Counted from the first letter of the stretch, positions 28,304 to 38,095 are shown. The stretch is 56,397 nucleotides of DNA from an uncultured virus (IMG/VR IMGVR_UViG_3300031088_000645) (IMGVR_UViG_3300031088_000645), one strand, 5' to 3'. The notes: generated from the letters alone by a model not told the origin. Numbers and translations are program-made.

Positions 28304-29719
28304 ATGTCTAAGTTCAAGAACAAGCTCGCGGTAGTAGCAGGATCACTTGCTGCAACCATCACGCTTATCCTCTTGACCGGTGTGGGAACCAACACTGCTC
28401 AGGCTGGATTCAGTGCTTCTGTTTCCAGCAGCAACATTGCAGGATCAGGAACATCATTCCTCACCGCAAAGAAGCAGGGTGGCACGCAGTGCACCTCTGT
28501 TCCCTCTGGTCGGACTATTCCTGACAAGACGGTGTTCCCCTGTTCTGGTGAAGTTATGCCGACTGGCTCTTACGCCTCGTCTTCCGCGACTGTTGCGCTC
28601 TCTCAGAATGGTACTGTTCCATTCACCCGCGCTGATTTTAGGGTCGATGGCTGCGCTCCTGTCAATCAGGTGAACAGCATTGACACTGGCGATCACATGA
28701 TGGCGCACGGTGGCATCACTTTCAACCAGATCGGACCCACCAACGTTCCTGGTGTGAACTCGACGACTTACCGCAGTAGTGCTTACTCGTCGAACGTTCT
28801 TTCTTCGACCGGTCCTCAGACCTTCTCGGCAGGTATTTGGTTCAGAACCACCACTGCCGAGGGTGCACTGTTCGGTTGGTCCACTTCACCGAACACCAAC
28901 CTCGCCGGACACTATGACCGGAGCGTTTACCTTACGTCTGCTGGAAAGCTTGCTTTTGCGACCTACCCGCAGAGTGCAGCACAGATCATCACGAGTCCGA
29001 ACTCGTATAACGACAACACCTGGCACTATGTTGTCGCCACAGCACAGTCGGGCGTGACCGCTTCATCTTCGAAGATCACGCTCAACGTTGATGGTGTTGA
29101 TGTCGCAACTAGCACTTTCAACTCCCCCACTGCGGCAGAAAACTCGGTTGGGTACTGGCACATCGGTCAGTCCTTTGTCTCTACAAGTGATGGATACACC
29201 GGCAATGGTCGGTTCTTCACTGGTCAGCTTTCGAACTTTGCGGTGTTCAACAATGTTCTCCTCAGCGGTACTCAGATCAACAACCTCTATAACGCGGGAC
29301 ACATCACTACGTTCAGAAACAGAGTGATGTCCTATGGAGCTACCGACTACTGGTTCCTTGGGGATACAGGTCTCACGACTTTTGCTGGACCCTATCCTGT
29401 TGTTGGCAACCAGGACATCTGCTCACACTTCAATGTGACGGTTGGTACGGACACCAAGTGTCTTCACCCTTCACTTGATACGACATGCCCTGCCTTGAGT
29501 TCCGATTACACTTACGCTACTATTGGTAAAGCGCCTACTGTCGCCTTGGACCCGTCTACACCGTCAACGACACAGAACGTCATCACTCGGATGACCCGAA
29601 ACGACGCATTCAACCCGAGCTATGACACCGGTCTTATCTTGCTCATGCCCATCACCATCAACGAATACGGATTCAACCAGACGTTCTTCTGGTCATCAAA
29701 CCGCACCATTATCTTCTAG
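28304..29719 (+). CDS. SipW-class secreted protein with LamG/ConA-like domain 2
   Basis: AQAGFSAS signal; FSAGIWFR, DNTWHYVVA, FFTGQL; paralog of 25835..27232. Confidence 0.8.
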   Translation: MSKFKNKLAVVAGSLAATITLILLTGVGTNTAQAGFSASVSSSNIAGSGTSFLTAKKQGGTQCTSVPSGRTIPDKTVFPCSGEVMPTGSYASSSATVALSQNGTVPFTRADFRVDGCAPVNQVNSIDTGDHMMAHGGITFNQIGPTNVPGVNSTTYRSSAYSSNVLSSTGPQTFSAGIWFRTTTAEGALFGWSTSPNTNLAGHYDRSVYLTSAGKLAFATYPQSAAQIITSPNSYNDNTWHYVVATAQSGVTASSSKITLNVDGVDVATSTFNSPTAAENSVGYWHIGQSFVSTSDGYTGNGRFFTGQLSNFAVFNNVLLSGTQINNLYNAGHITTFRNRVMSYGATDYWFLGDTGLTTFAGPYPVVGNQDICSHFNVTVGTDTKCLHPSLDTTCPALSSDYTYATIGKAPTVALDPSTPSTTQNVITRMTRNDAFNPSYDTGLILLMPITINEYGFNQTFFWSSNRTIIF

Positions 29720-29730
29720 GAGTCTCAACC

Positions 29731-30597
29731 ATGAACAGCACCCGTGTTCTCCACAAGGCACTAGCGGCGTTTCTGCTGCTAGCTGCTGGTGTGGCGATCC
29801 TGAGTGCTGGTGCCTTCTATCTCACTGGCGGTAAGACTTTCACTATCCAGACACCCTCGATGAGTGAATATGCCCCTGTGGGCACAACCGTTTTCTCGCG
29901 TGAGGTTCCGTTCGATTCCATCGAGGTGGGTGACACTATCGTGTTCAACCCTCCGGCATCGAACTCGCAGTACTTCCACCGTGTTCACTCCATTGATGGA
30001 TCTGGTGGTATCCACACCAAGGGTGATTTGAACGAGTCTGTTGACCCGTGGACGCTACATGCCGAAGATGTCCACGGCTCTGAGTCGTTCCGTATCATCG
30101 GACTGGGTTGGCTCATCAAGGCTCTACCCATCTTCCTCATCGGTGGAATCTTGCTGTGGACGCTAACTCACTACTACACAGTTCCTATCTGGGTGCTACC
30201 CACTCGTGTCGTTGGTCTATCGTTCATGGCTGCGTTTTCGGCATTCATTATCAAGCCATTCGTTCGAGCCGACGTTATCTCGCAGACCGTTTCTGAGGGC
30301 GTTGCAACAACCGTCTTTGTTCCTACCGGTCTGTTCCCTATCAAGGCGGTCGCTCAGGGTGGTAATTCTGATATCAGCTACCCCGGTAATCTCGGTAACG
30401 TCATGACAAGTGATCAAGATCCTAGTGGGTACTTCAATGTCATCCTGACTGCCAACTTGGGCTTCTGGGGCTGGGTCATTCAGGTGGCAGTGTGGTCCAT
30501 TCCAACCATCATCATGGTAATCTACGCATTCAAGGTGAAGAAGCTCTACCCTGAATACTTCCCCTCTCCTGCGCACCGAGAGACAGCAAAGGTATGA
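29731..30597 (+). CDS. sipW: Signal peptidase I, SipW/ER type (S26B), with membrane C-terminal extension
   Basis: TPSM (catalytic Ser), GDTIVF, HRV (catalytic His), TKGDLNESVDP. Confidence 0.85.
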   Translation: MNSTRVLHKALAAFLLLAAGVAILSAGAFYLTGGKTFTIQTPSMSEYAPVGTTVFSREVPFDSIEVGDTIVFNPPASNSQYFHRVHSIDGSGGIHTKGDLNESVDPWTLHAEDVHGSESFRIIGLGWLIKALPIFLIGGILLWTLTHYYTVPIWVLPTRVVGLSFMAAFSAFIIKPFVRADVISQTVSEGVATTVFVPTGLFPIKAVAQGGNSDISYPGNLGNVMTSDQDPSGYFNVILTANLGFWGWVIQVAVWSIPTIIMVIYAFKVKKLYPEYFPSPAHRETAKV

Positions 30598-31205
30598 ACG
30601 GCAGCGAAGTAGTGCTTACTGTTCCTGCCGACTATGCCTGGGGTAACAGCGAGATGGGTGGCGATAAAACCATCGGTCTTGGGATGACACAGGAACAGGC
30701 TAGTCAGTACGTCACTCTTGAAGAGATGCGTTCTGCTGGATGGGTGAACGTTGCCAGCATCATGATGGCATTCGGTGGCGTTACTCCGGGGTGGCGTGAC
30801 TTCTCCCGACTGGTCAAGCGGGTCGGCGTTCACCAGTTCGACAGAGTGCTCATGGAGGGGATTGCTACCTGCCCTCGACCCGATTGGACAGAAGATAGGG
30901 GTGCAAAGCACACGCCGCAGTACACCGACTTCTACGTTTACATATCTCAGAGTCTGGAATTACTCAAAGAGACCACTGAGTACAACGTCAAGAGTTCCAA
31001 GCTAGACCTGGCGTACATGATTGGTATGACCTGCGGGGTGGAGAGTGACCCACAGGCAGTGCTTCGAGCCTACCGCAAGGTTGGTTTGCTGAGATTCATC
31101 GCGGAGTACAAGAGAAACATTGGGGTAGACATGTTTCTCCGAATGGTAGATAATGACATCGACATCGAGCTAGTAACGAAACTACACGAAGGAATCGCAT
31201 TATGA
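30594..31205 (+). CDS. Hypothetical protein with shared C-terminal DID module
   Basis: ATGA overlap with sipW; ends MVDNDIDIELVTKLHEGIAL. Confidence 0.7.
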   Translation: MNGSEVVLTVPADYAWGNSEMGGDKTIGLGMTQEQASQYVTLEEMRSAGWVNVASIMMAFGGVTPGWRDFSRLVKRVGVHQFDRVLMEGIATCPRPDWTEDRGAKHTPQYTDFYVYISQSLELLKETTEYNVKSSKLDLAYMIGMTCGVESDPQAVLRAYRKVGLLRFIAEYKRNIGVDMFLRMVDNDIDIELVTKLHEGIAL

Positions 31206-31477
31206 GTACAGGAATCGACACCGTATCGGAGACAGAGCTTTTCCAGTCACTTGACCTAGATGAACACGTTGAGTGTAGCTACGATGGTTGTGACGCTACA
31301 GCTACTCACATGCTTGAATGTCCCGAGGACAAGGCGGCAGAAACCATCTGTCCGCAGCACGCAGTCATGTGCCGACTGGTCGCCATCACCAATCCTGACG
31401 AATTGATTCACTTCAATCACTCGTGTGGGCACTGGAACAAGTTCGGTGAGTGCCAGATTATCCCGCTCACCAAGTGA
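31202..31477 (+). CDS. Small Cys/His-rich putative Zn-binding protein
   Basis: CxxxxC, CxxH, CxH; ATGA coupling. Confidence 0.65.
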   Translation: MSTGIDTVSETELFQSLDLDEHVECSYDGCDATATHMLECPEDKAAETICPQHAVMCRLVAITNPDELIHFNHSCGHWNKFGECQIIPLTK

Positions 31478-31479
31478 TA

Positions 31480-31518
31480 CAAAAGACCCCTTGCTCCATG
31501 AGAACAAGGGGTCTTTTG
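31480..31518. terminator. Bidirectional intrinsic terminator
   Basis: CAAAAGACCCCTTG/CAAGGGGTCTTTTG. Confidence 0.75.
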
Positions 31519-31522
31519 CTAG

Positions 31523-31915
31523 CTAGTCCTTGATAGCCTTGATTGCTAGCTTCAGGGCTTCATTGTCCGCTCTTAGCCGAACCTTCTCTTCGTCCTCAAC
31601 CGGGACTGGGAATGTCTCGTTATCTGCGTAGAACGACTCGACAGGAACACCGTAGATTCCAGCCAGTGCGTAGAGTTCACCAGCCTTGATGTGTCGGGTG
31701 GGCTTGTCACCTTCGGTGTTGGTGACGGTCATCTGGCTCCACGTTGAGTAACCAGCCTCCCGCATGCTTTTACCGACATCAGCCTGAGTCTTACGAAGCC
31801 ACCCCCGGAACTTCCTAAGGTTCTGAGCAATGATTATCTCGACCTCGTTGAATGGGATGGTGCTGCCTTTTGTTCTTCCCCGAGCTTTGACACCTGATCC
31901 GTTGACAGTCATCAT
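31523..31915 (-). CDS. XRE-family HTH transcriptional regulator
   Basis: NLRKFR...TQADVG...WSQMTVTNTEG...ELYALAGIYGVPV. Confidence 0.8.
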   Translation of the reverse strand: MMTVNGSGVKARGRTKGSTIPFNEVEIIIAQNLRKFRGWLRKTQADVGKSMREAGYSTWSQMTVTNTEGDKPTRHIKAGELYALAGIYGVPVESFYADNETFPVPVEDEEKVRLRADNEALKLAIKAIKD

Positions 31916-32009
31916 TTCCTTTCCTGCTAATTGGTTGAGACCATACTAACTAAGTTTTCCTCATAGTCAACAACTTGACGATAACCCATTATTGGATTAA
32001 GCTGTATTT

Positions 32010-32843
32010 ATGCATGTAGACATCATTATGCCGAGCGCCTCCGAGCGTATTGAAGAGCGCCCATTTGGTGATGTCAGAGGGGGCGATCTAGTCTTTTTGC
32101 GTCACTCGACGCATCCAGAGTGGGAGTTCTCAGGTCGAGCGATTGTAGATGCTGTCGCCAATAGCTCTGTGTGCCTGCGTGGGGCTTGGTATAGAGCAGA
32201 CGAGGGCTGGGTCATCAATGTCATCGAACAGCCCGCATATGCTGACGTAGAAGAGCCTCGTGAGGGCAGGAACGAGTCGTGGACTGATGCTCTTGAAGGA
32301 AGATATGGCAGCACTCGTGTTGCTCGCAGATCGCTAGAAGAACTGTCTCAACTGATGCCCCTAGCGGACGTAAAGCGCCAGATGACCGATGAGGCTTATC
32401 AGGCGCTCGTCGGTATGGAGAAGCATGTCTCCTGGGATACCGTCAGCAAGATGTGCAGGAAGCTGGGAGTGGAACGCGCCTCTGCATGTATCGAGTCACT
32501 CCACTACTCGGTGAAAGAGCTTTACGAGCGATACCGTGACCTTGACTTCGGTGAAGATGGCGGACTGGAACTGGCATATGCCGAAATCTCATCCTATTCC
32601 AAAGCAAAAGCCGTCATTCCTGATGGCACTGATGCCGAGTTGTTTACCTTGCAGGGCATGACCGAGTACTTCGGATACAACGCTGAGGATATTCACGAGG
32701 TGGTTAGCATCCTGGGTTACGACCAGTTGTACATGCTGATCGAAGACAAGAGGCTGGATATGGAGTCGGTATTGGAGATTGCGCGCCGTAGTAAGGATTA
32801 CGACATCGACGTAAGTCTGATGGTAGATCTCGTCAATCCGTAA
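32010..32843 (+). CDS. Hypothetical protein with shared C-terminal DID module
   Basis: TTGACG-17-TAAGCT-N6-ATG; ends SKDYDIDVSLMVDLVNP. Confidence 0.7.
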   Translation: MHVDIIMPSASERIEERPFGDVRGGDLVFLRHSTHPEWEFSGRAIVDAVANSSVCLRGAWYRADEGWVINVIEQPAYADVEEPREGRNESWTDALEGRYGSTRVARRSLEELSQLMPLADVKRQMTDEAYQALVGMEKHVSWDTVSKMCRKLGVERASACIESLHYSVKELYERYRDLDFGEDGGLELAYAEISSYSKAKAVIPDGTDAELFTLQGMTEYFGYNAEDIHEVVSILGYDQLYMLIEDKRLDMESVLEIARRSKDYDIDVSLMVDLVNP

Positions 32844-32859
32844 CCCTTTCTCACTGAAG

Positions 32860-32899
32860 TAAGCCCCGAAACTCCAACACAATCGAGTTTCGGGGCTTA
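32860..32899 (+). terminator. Intrinsic terminator
   Basis: AAGCCCCGAAACTC/GAGTTTCGGGGCTT. Confidence 0.7.
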
Positions 32900-33074
32900 T
32901 TTTGTACCCCGTCGTAACGCTATTGGTTTCGGTTTGGTACCTTTTGGTAACGAACACCTAACGGGTCTATGGGAGTTACCTGGCTATCAGAGAGTTTCTT
33001 TCGATGTGCCCCTTTTTGGTTACAACTCCGCGTAGTGTGGAACACATCAACCAACAAGGTAAAGGAGTTTCATC

Positions 33075-33773
33075 ATGAGAAAGTTTCTCAAGCTAACCAC
33101 AGGCATCGTTGCAACCGGAGCGCTTGCGTTTACACTCGCAGCATGTTCCCCCGCCAGTGATGACGGTGGCAACACGACTAGCCCCAGCGCTAGTTCCTCA
33201 TCGTCTTCGTCTGCAACGGCAGACCCTACGCCCCTAGCAAGCATTGACGCACTAGGCGGACAGGACACCCAGGTCGCACTTGACGCTGGATTCGTTGACG
33301 CACTTACGTCACTCGGTCTCACCCCTGGTGTTACCGGAACTGCAACCCTCACTGATGGCGTTCTCGCATTCCCCATCACTGGTGGAAACGTAGACTACTA
33401 CGACCCAGCCGAGGACTACCGTCCATACGTACAGGGTGAAATTGACCACGAGGGTTCGGGTATCACCTTGACCGCTGGTGACACCGTTGTCGGACTATCT
33501 GACTTCGTTATCGACCCGGGTACTTCAAGGCTCACCGGTACCGTTACAGCTAACGGTGAGGTCGTAGGCGAAGACATCTTCATCTTCAACCTCGACGGAA
33601 CCACGTTGAACCCATTGGAGACCGGTCCTAACGGTGAGGCAATCCTTCAGGGAACCACCGTCAAGGTTTCTGAGGACGCAGCAACGCTCCTCAACGACAC
33701 CTTCGGAACTGATGCAGTCACTTCCGATCTAGTGGTTGGTATCGCTACCATCACTGCAACCCCTGCTAGCTAA
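33075..33773 (+). CDS. Lipoprotein
   Basis: Lipobox LAAC, Ser-rich linker, beta-rich domain; AAAGGAG SD. Confidence 0.8.
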   Translation: MRKFLKLTTGIVATGALAFTLAACSPASDDGGNTTSPSASSSSSSSATADPTPLASIDALGGQDTQVALDAGFVDALTSLGLTPGVTGTATLTDGVLAFPITGGNVDYYDPAEDYRPYVQGEIDHEGSGITLTAGDTVVGLSDFVIDPGTSRLTGTVTANGEVVGEDIFIFNLDGTTLNPLETGPNGEAILQGTTVKVSEDAATLLNDTFGTDAVTSDLVVGIATITATPAS

Positions 33774-33798
33774 TTCGAGAGTAGCTAGTCGAGAGACT

Positions 33799-33836
33799 GA
33801 GAAAGCCCATCATCCGTCCGGGAAGGTGGGCTTTCT
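33799..33836. terminator. Bidirectional intrinsic terminator
   Basis: GAGAAAGCCCA/TGGGCTTTCTC. Confidence 0.65.
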
Positions 33837-33854
33837 CGCTGCTCGATTGCTGGA

Positions 33855-34136
33855 TTATGCGTGTTGTGCGTGACCAGCTTCGAGGTAAGTCTTGGGCATT
33901 TCGACAAACTGTTCCATGCCCCAATTCGTACGGTATCCGTTGAAGGTGCGGTAGAATCTGACCGTAGCGCACGACGGATCTTTGAGTGTCTTGGTATCCA
34001 TCTCGATACCTGATGAACCATCTGAGTGCGCAAGTTCAGCGTCAATATCAGCACCTAGCGTCTCTCGTGCGTACTGCTTGAATCTGGTAATAGCGAGATT
34101 TTCGTAGTCGCATCCAGAGCATCCATCGATGTTCAT
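33855..34136 (-). CDS. Small hypothetical protein
   Basis: GGAAG SD before MNIDGCSGC. Confidence 0.55.
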   Translation of the reverse strand: MNIDGCSGCDYENLAITRFKQYARETLGADIDAELAHSDGSSGIEMDTKTLKDPSCATVRFYRTFNGYRTNWGMEQFVEMPKTYLEAGHAQHA

Positions 34137-34214
34137 AACTGTGTTCTTCCGTCCGGGTTGATTCGATGGTACTCTCATACTCGCAAAATACAACCCAAAT
34201 CGAAAGGTGAATCA

Positions 34215-34625
34215 ATGTTTGGTGATTCCGTCTACCTTCATGACGTACACCACGACATCATCGAAAGGGTCAAGCAAGACGCTGGTCTGACTGTAGATGT
34301 CTCCAACGGTCAGGTTGTCACGTCAGGCTTTGTCGTTGCCACTGAGGGCTATACGAAGGTCGTGCCAGACTCCGAATTCTTTGGTGAGAGTGGCAAGCGA
34401 ATCATCGCTGAGTACATCACCAGGCTTCATGACGTTCTCACTGATAACGGTAATCGGCTCGGGGTATGGCACGACAAAGAGACCAATGAAGTCGTATTCG
34501 ATGTTGTTGAAAGTGTCTATTCGCGCGATGAAGTCATGAAGCTCGGAATTGAGCGCAATCAGAAGGCTGTCTACGACCTTACAGGCGAGACAGGCGATAC
34601 CTTGTTCATTACGAAATCTGACTGA
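34215..34625 (+). CDS. Phage-type hypothetical protein
   Basis: GAAAGGT SD; LGVWHD...VVFDV...NQKAVYDL pattern seen in phage proteins. Confidence 0.65.
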   Translation: MFGDSVYLHDVHHDIIERVKQDAGLTVDVSNGQVVTSGFVVATEGYTKVVPDSEFFGESGKRIIAEYITRLHDVLTDNGNRLGVWHDKETNEVVFDVVESVYSRDEVMKLGIERNQKAVYDLTGETGDTLFITKSD

Positions 34626-35526
34626 AAGTCTTCGTTCCAGAAAGTCCAGCGTCAAGCAGAATCTGAGTGACTTCTTCACGCTCTACTGTCTTGCCCACTG
34701 CTGATGATTCACCGATAGGAACAACAGAGTGCAGAACCGAGTCTCTGAACATATGCACTAAGTTGAACGCCTGTGCGGTGTTTCGACCGCGAGTCTGACC
34801 TTCCGCAAAGGTAAGATCCTGGGTGTAGCACGAAGACGAAGCTACGCTGACGGGAATTCCCGCGAATGTTCCGAACGAAGAGTAGTGCAGATGACCCGCA
34901 ATGATTGTGCGAACATCGGAACCCTGAATGACCTCTGCCAAACCAGTCTGGTCCTGAAGCTCCACCGTCTGCGCTAGCGGCATGACCACAGGAAGGGGCG
35001 GGTGGTGCATTGCAAGCACTGTGCCGTATTCTGATGGCTTCACAAGTTCGTTGGAGAGCCATTCAAGCTGATTGTCTGCGACTAGACCGTAGTGATGACC
35101 AGGCACAGAGGTGTCGAGCGAGATGATGCGAAGACCATTGACGTTATGCACTTCATCAATGGGTGCCATTGAAGGCTCCTGATAGAGCAACGACTGCCTG
35201 AGGACTTCTCTGTCATCGTGGTTGCCCATGACCCAGATGAGTTCTGCGCCCATCTTGTCGGCTACCGGTTCGATTGCGTTACGCAACTTTCGGTATGCTT
35301 CAGCTTCACCTCTATCTGCAAGATCTCCCGTGAACACCATTGCGTCAGGGTGAATCTCTGTAGAGATGAGTGCCGCCACAAGCTCCGCGAGCTTCTCGTC
35401 AGCATCAAGGGGGTAGCCATGCCACTTTCCTCTAGCTCCGATCAACTGTGTATCGGAAACGTGAATGATGGTATGTGAATTGTCCTCGTATTGCCGGGTC
35501 AGAGCAATATGGTCGGTTTCTAACAT
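34609..35526 (-). CDS. cpdA: Class III cyclic-nucleotide phosphodiesterase, CpdA/Rv0805-like
   Basis: HVSDTQL, TGDLAD, GNHD, MHHPP, GHLH, SSCYTQD. Confidence 0.8.
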   Translation of the reverse strand: MLETDHIALTRQYEDNSHTIIHVSDTQLIGARGKWHGYPLDADEKLAELVAALISTEIHPDAMVFTGDLADRGEAEAYRKLRNAIEPVADKMGAELIWVMGNHDDREVLRQSLLYQEPSMAPIDEVHNVNGLRIISLDTSVPGHHYGLVADNQLEWLSNELVKPSEYGTVLAMHHPPLPVVMPLAQTVELQDQTGLAEVIQGSDVRTIIAGHLHYSSFGTFAGIPVSVASSSCYTQDLTFAEGQTRGRNTAQAFNLVHMFRDSVLHSVVPIGESSAVGKTVEREEVTQILLDAGLSGTKTFSQIS

Positions 35527-35631
35527 TAGTCCTCGTCGGTAGCCGCTTCGTCCTTATTTCAGACGCAGCCCAAGACTAGCACGATTCCCCAAAGGTGTCG
35601 CTATTGGGGAATCGTGTTTGCCAAAAGTTTG

Positions 35632-35835
35632 TTAGAGGTCGTGAGTGTTGCGCTCGCGAAGCTTGTTTGTGCCCTTATCCAAGGTGCTACGGAACTTCTC
35701 TCCGAGACGGAGGTTGTCAACCTTTGCAACACGCTCAGGGGTGACTACCTTCTGTGTCGCTTCGGCGGCGCTGAGTGCACCTACCTCGATGGTCTTCTTG
35801 GCGGAGTCGATGAAATTACTTAGTGATTTGCTCAT
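35632..35835 (-). CDS. Small hypothetical protein
   Basis: TATGGT-N6-ATG leaderless start (MSKSLSN). Confidence 0.5.
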   Translation of the reverse strand: MSKSLSNFIDSAKKTIEVGALSAAEATQKVVTPERVAKVDNLRLGEKFRSTLDKGTNKLRERNTHDL

Positions 35836-35983
35836 GGAAAGACCATAGCATGCAAGCGCACGGCTACTCATTTGCTCATAACAACTTCTCGGAGATTCGC
35901 AGAAAAACCTCAGAGAGTGTTGACACTCATGTCTTTTTAGAATAAGGTGTGAGTATACGACTATAAACCAAAGGATCTTCTCT

Positions 35984-36238
35984 ATGTCTAACTCCGCTCA
36001 GTCCGATTACCCGCAGTTACCAGATGGGTATAAGTGGAGTGCCCACACAGGAACGACTACTCCAGGTTTCGTGAACTTCACAGTCAAGCTTCGTAAGATG
36101 ATCAAGGTCGCGGGTATCCCCTTCTTCATCTCTGTTGCTAGTAGCACAGGCACTATCCGCTCTGAGGACTACTTCATGCTGAGCGAGCGTATCTACGAAG
36201 AGGCGCAGAATCTCATGCATGCAAAGCTCGCTATCTGA
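35984..36238 (+). CDS. Small hypothetical protein
   Basis: AAAGGA SD; TTGACA promoter upstream. Confidence 0.6.
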   Translation: MSNSAQSDYPQLPDGYKWSAHTGTTTPGFVNFTVKLRKMIKVAGIPFFISVASSTGTIRSEDYFMLSERIYEEAQNLMHAKLAI

Positions 36239-36294
36239 ACAGTAGATGAATAGGTCTCCAAACTAGTGTCAAGGGTCAGTGGCATAATTACTGC

Positions 36295-36543
36295 ATGCTC
36301 TCGATAGAACCCGGATGGTACCTGTTCAAACCCAGGGATCTCGCTGTCCACTATTGGAACGGTCAGACCTTCACAGAAGACATCAGCCCGCGCGGTGTTG
36401 GCTCCTACCCCGTCTTGACCTGGCGAGCGCTGCGCAAATGGAAGCGCTATGACCGTAAGACGCGAATTCATGTCGCCAAGGTATTCATTCCCACGGTCAT
36501 CACGCTTCAGTACGCATTGCCAGACGGTTACATCGCCTTCTAA
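36295..36543 (+). CDS. Stand-alone DUF2510-like small protein
   Basis: PGWY...HYWNGQTFTEDISPR, similar to the N-terminus of 14408..15010. Confidence 0.6.
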   Translation: MLSIEPGWYLFKPRDLAVHYWNGQTFTEDISPRGVGSYPVLTWRALRKWKRYDRKTRIHVAKVFIPTVITLQYALPDGYIAF

Positions 36544-36546
36544 CTC

Positions 36547-37089
36547 TTAGGCATCAAACTGGTCGAAGCTCAACGGCTCCCAAGAACCGTAGAACTGCTC
36601 AAGCACCGCTCTGCCAATTGTGCGATATGTTTCTACGACCGTCTCGTCAGGAAGTGCATTGAGTTCATCTATATCGACGACAACGATGTCTGTTGACTCG
36701 CCATCCTCAGGAGCAAGTGCGGGAGGTCCATCAGCAACAAAAGCGTATGTCACGTCAGTGTGTGAATGCTTCTTCGGGGTGCCGGGGTACTCCTTGGTCG
36801 AGTAGCATAGGGGCACCGGATGCAAAGTTGCTTCCGCAAGGAATGAGATGCGCTGCTTAGGCTGAAGTACCGAAAGCTGACTATGAAGATAGCCGGTCTC
36901 TTCTGTCACTTCATGAAGCACTGTCTCCCAAGGTGACTCGTTGGTCTCAACGTGCCCACCGAACATCATCAACCGACCTATCTTCCGATGCACATGCAGC
37001 ATGATCGATGGCTTCGGTGTATCTGTCCTGACGATGTAGAAGCTGACCGTGTGGTCATGCTCTCCTTCTTCGGTATGAATGTGGGGCAT
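36547..37089 (-). CDS. Nudix hydrolase
   Basis: Nudix box GGHVETNESPWETVLHEVTEETG; leaderless TACGCT-N6-ATG. Confidence 0.88.
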   Translation of the reverse strand: MPHIHTEEGEHDHTVSFYIVRTDTPKPSIMLHVHRKIGRLMMFGGHVETNESPWETVLHEVTEETGYLHSQLSVLQPKQRISFLAEATLHPVPLCYSTKEYPGTPKKHSHTDVTYAFVADGPPALAPEDGESTDIVVVDIDELNALPDETVVETYRTIGRAVLEQFYGSWEPLSFDQFDA

Positions 37090-37303
37090 GAACGGAGCGT
37101 ATCAGCTTGATATCTCGATGTATACAGTTCTCGTCTATAGCCCCTGTCTAAAGAACGCCAAAGGTGACATCTGACAGCACTTTTTCACCAAGAAATATCT
37201 CACGGAGTGAGTCTCGTACATCGTAAGAATGACATTGGATATCACTAAGGTAACATCAATCAAAAACGGGTCTGACCACCTGTTTTGTCTCTATCATTCG
37301 AAC

Positions 37304-38053
37304 ATGAGAACACGTCCACTACTCGGCATCGTCGCCATTGCTACATCTGTCTTCATCCTCACGGGCTGCACTTCTGGTTCGCCTGAACCCACTCCGAAGC
37401 CCACTGTCTCAAAGACAGCTACGCCTACTCCCAAGCCTAGTGCGACCTCTACTCCCACACCGACCCCGACAAAGGCTCCGGTAACCCCTCCTAAGCCCGT
37501 TGTCTACAACACCACTATCATCATTGGTTCCGACAGCCTCATTGTTGAGAAGGGTCAGGACGTACAGAAGTTTTCCTACGACGAAGCCCCTGCGAGCGCT
37601 ATTGCCGCAGTGACTAACACCACTGGTATTGAGCCTGAGTCAACCTACAGCGGCGAAGAGAACTACTGCTGGTATCAAATGACCACGATTGACTGGGGAG
37701 AGCTAAAGCTGAACTTCAGCAAGCAGGATGCTGGAACGTCAGAATACTGGACCGTTGGGACCAACACCGATGATGGAGATCCTTTGGTCTCGGTCATGTC
37801 GCCACGTGGATACAAGCCGGGCGACCTCATGTCGGAAGTAATTGCCAACCATCCTGAAATCTTGCACGAGTCAAGTGAGTATGAAGGAACCTCCTATGAG
37901 ATGGCGCTCGATGAGCAGTCTTTGGCATACCCCACGACTCCCGAAGGTACATACGATGGCAAGCAGTATGATGCTTCCGGCACCATCTTGAGCGGTACAA
38001 ACGGTGTCATTGAAAGCGTGTCTGCTCGCCAGGGTCTTTACGGCGACTGCTAA
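37304..38053 (+). CDS. Lipoprotein with Pro/Thr linker
   Basis: Lipobox LTGC; leaderless TATCAT-N6-ATG. Confidence 0.75.
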   Translation: MRTRPLLGIVAIATSVFILTGCTSGSPEPTPKPTVSKTATPTPKPSATSTPTPTPTKAPVTPPKPVVYNTTIIIGSDSLIVEKGQDVQKFSYDEAPASAIAAVTNTTGIEPESTYSGEENYCWYQMTTIDWGELKLNFSKQDAGTSEYWTVGTNTDDGDPLVSVMSPRGYKPGDLMSEVIANHPEILHESSEYEGTSYEMALDEQSLAYPTTPEGTYDGKQYDASGTILSGTNGVIESVSARQGLYGDC

Positions 38054-38095
38054 GAACGATTTGCTATCGGCTATCCGACTTGGTACTATCCGAGC

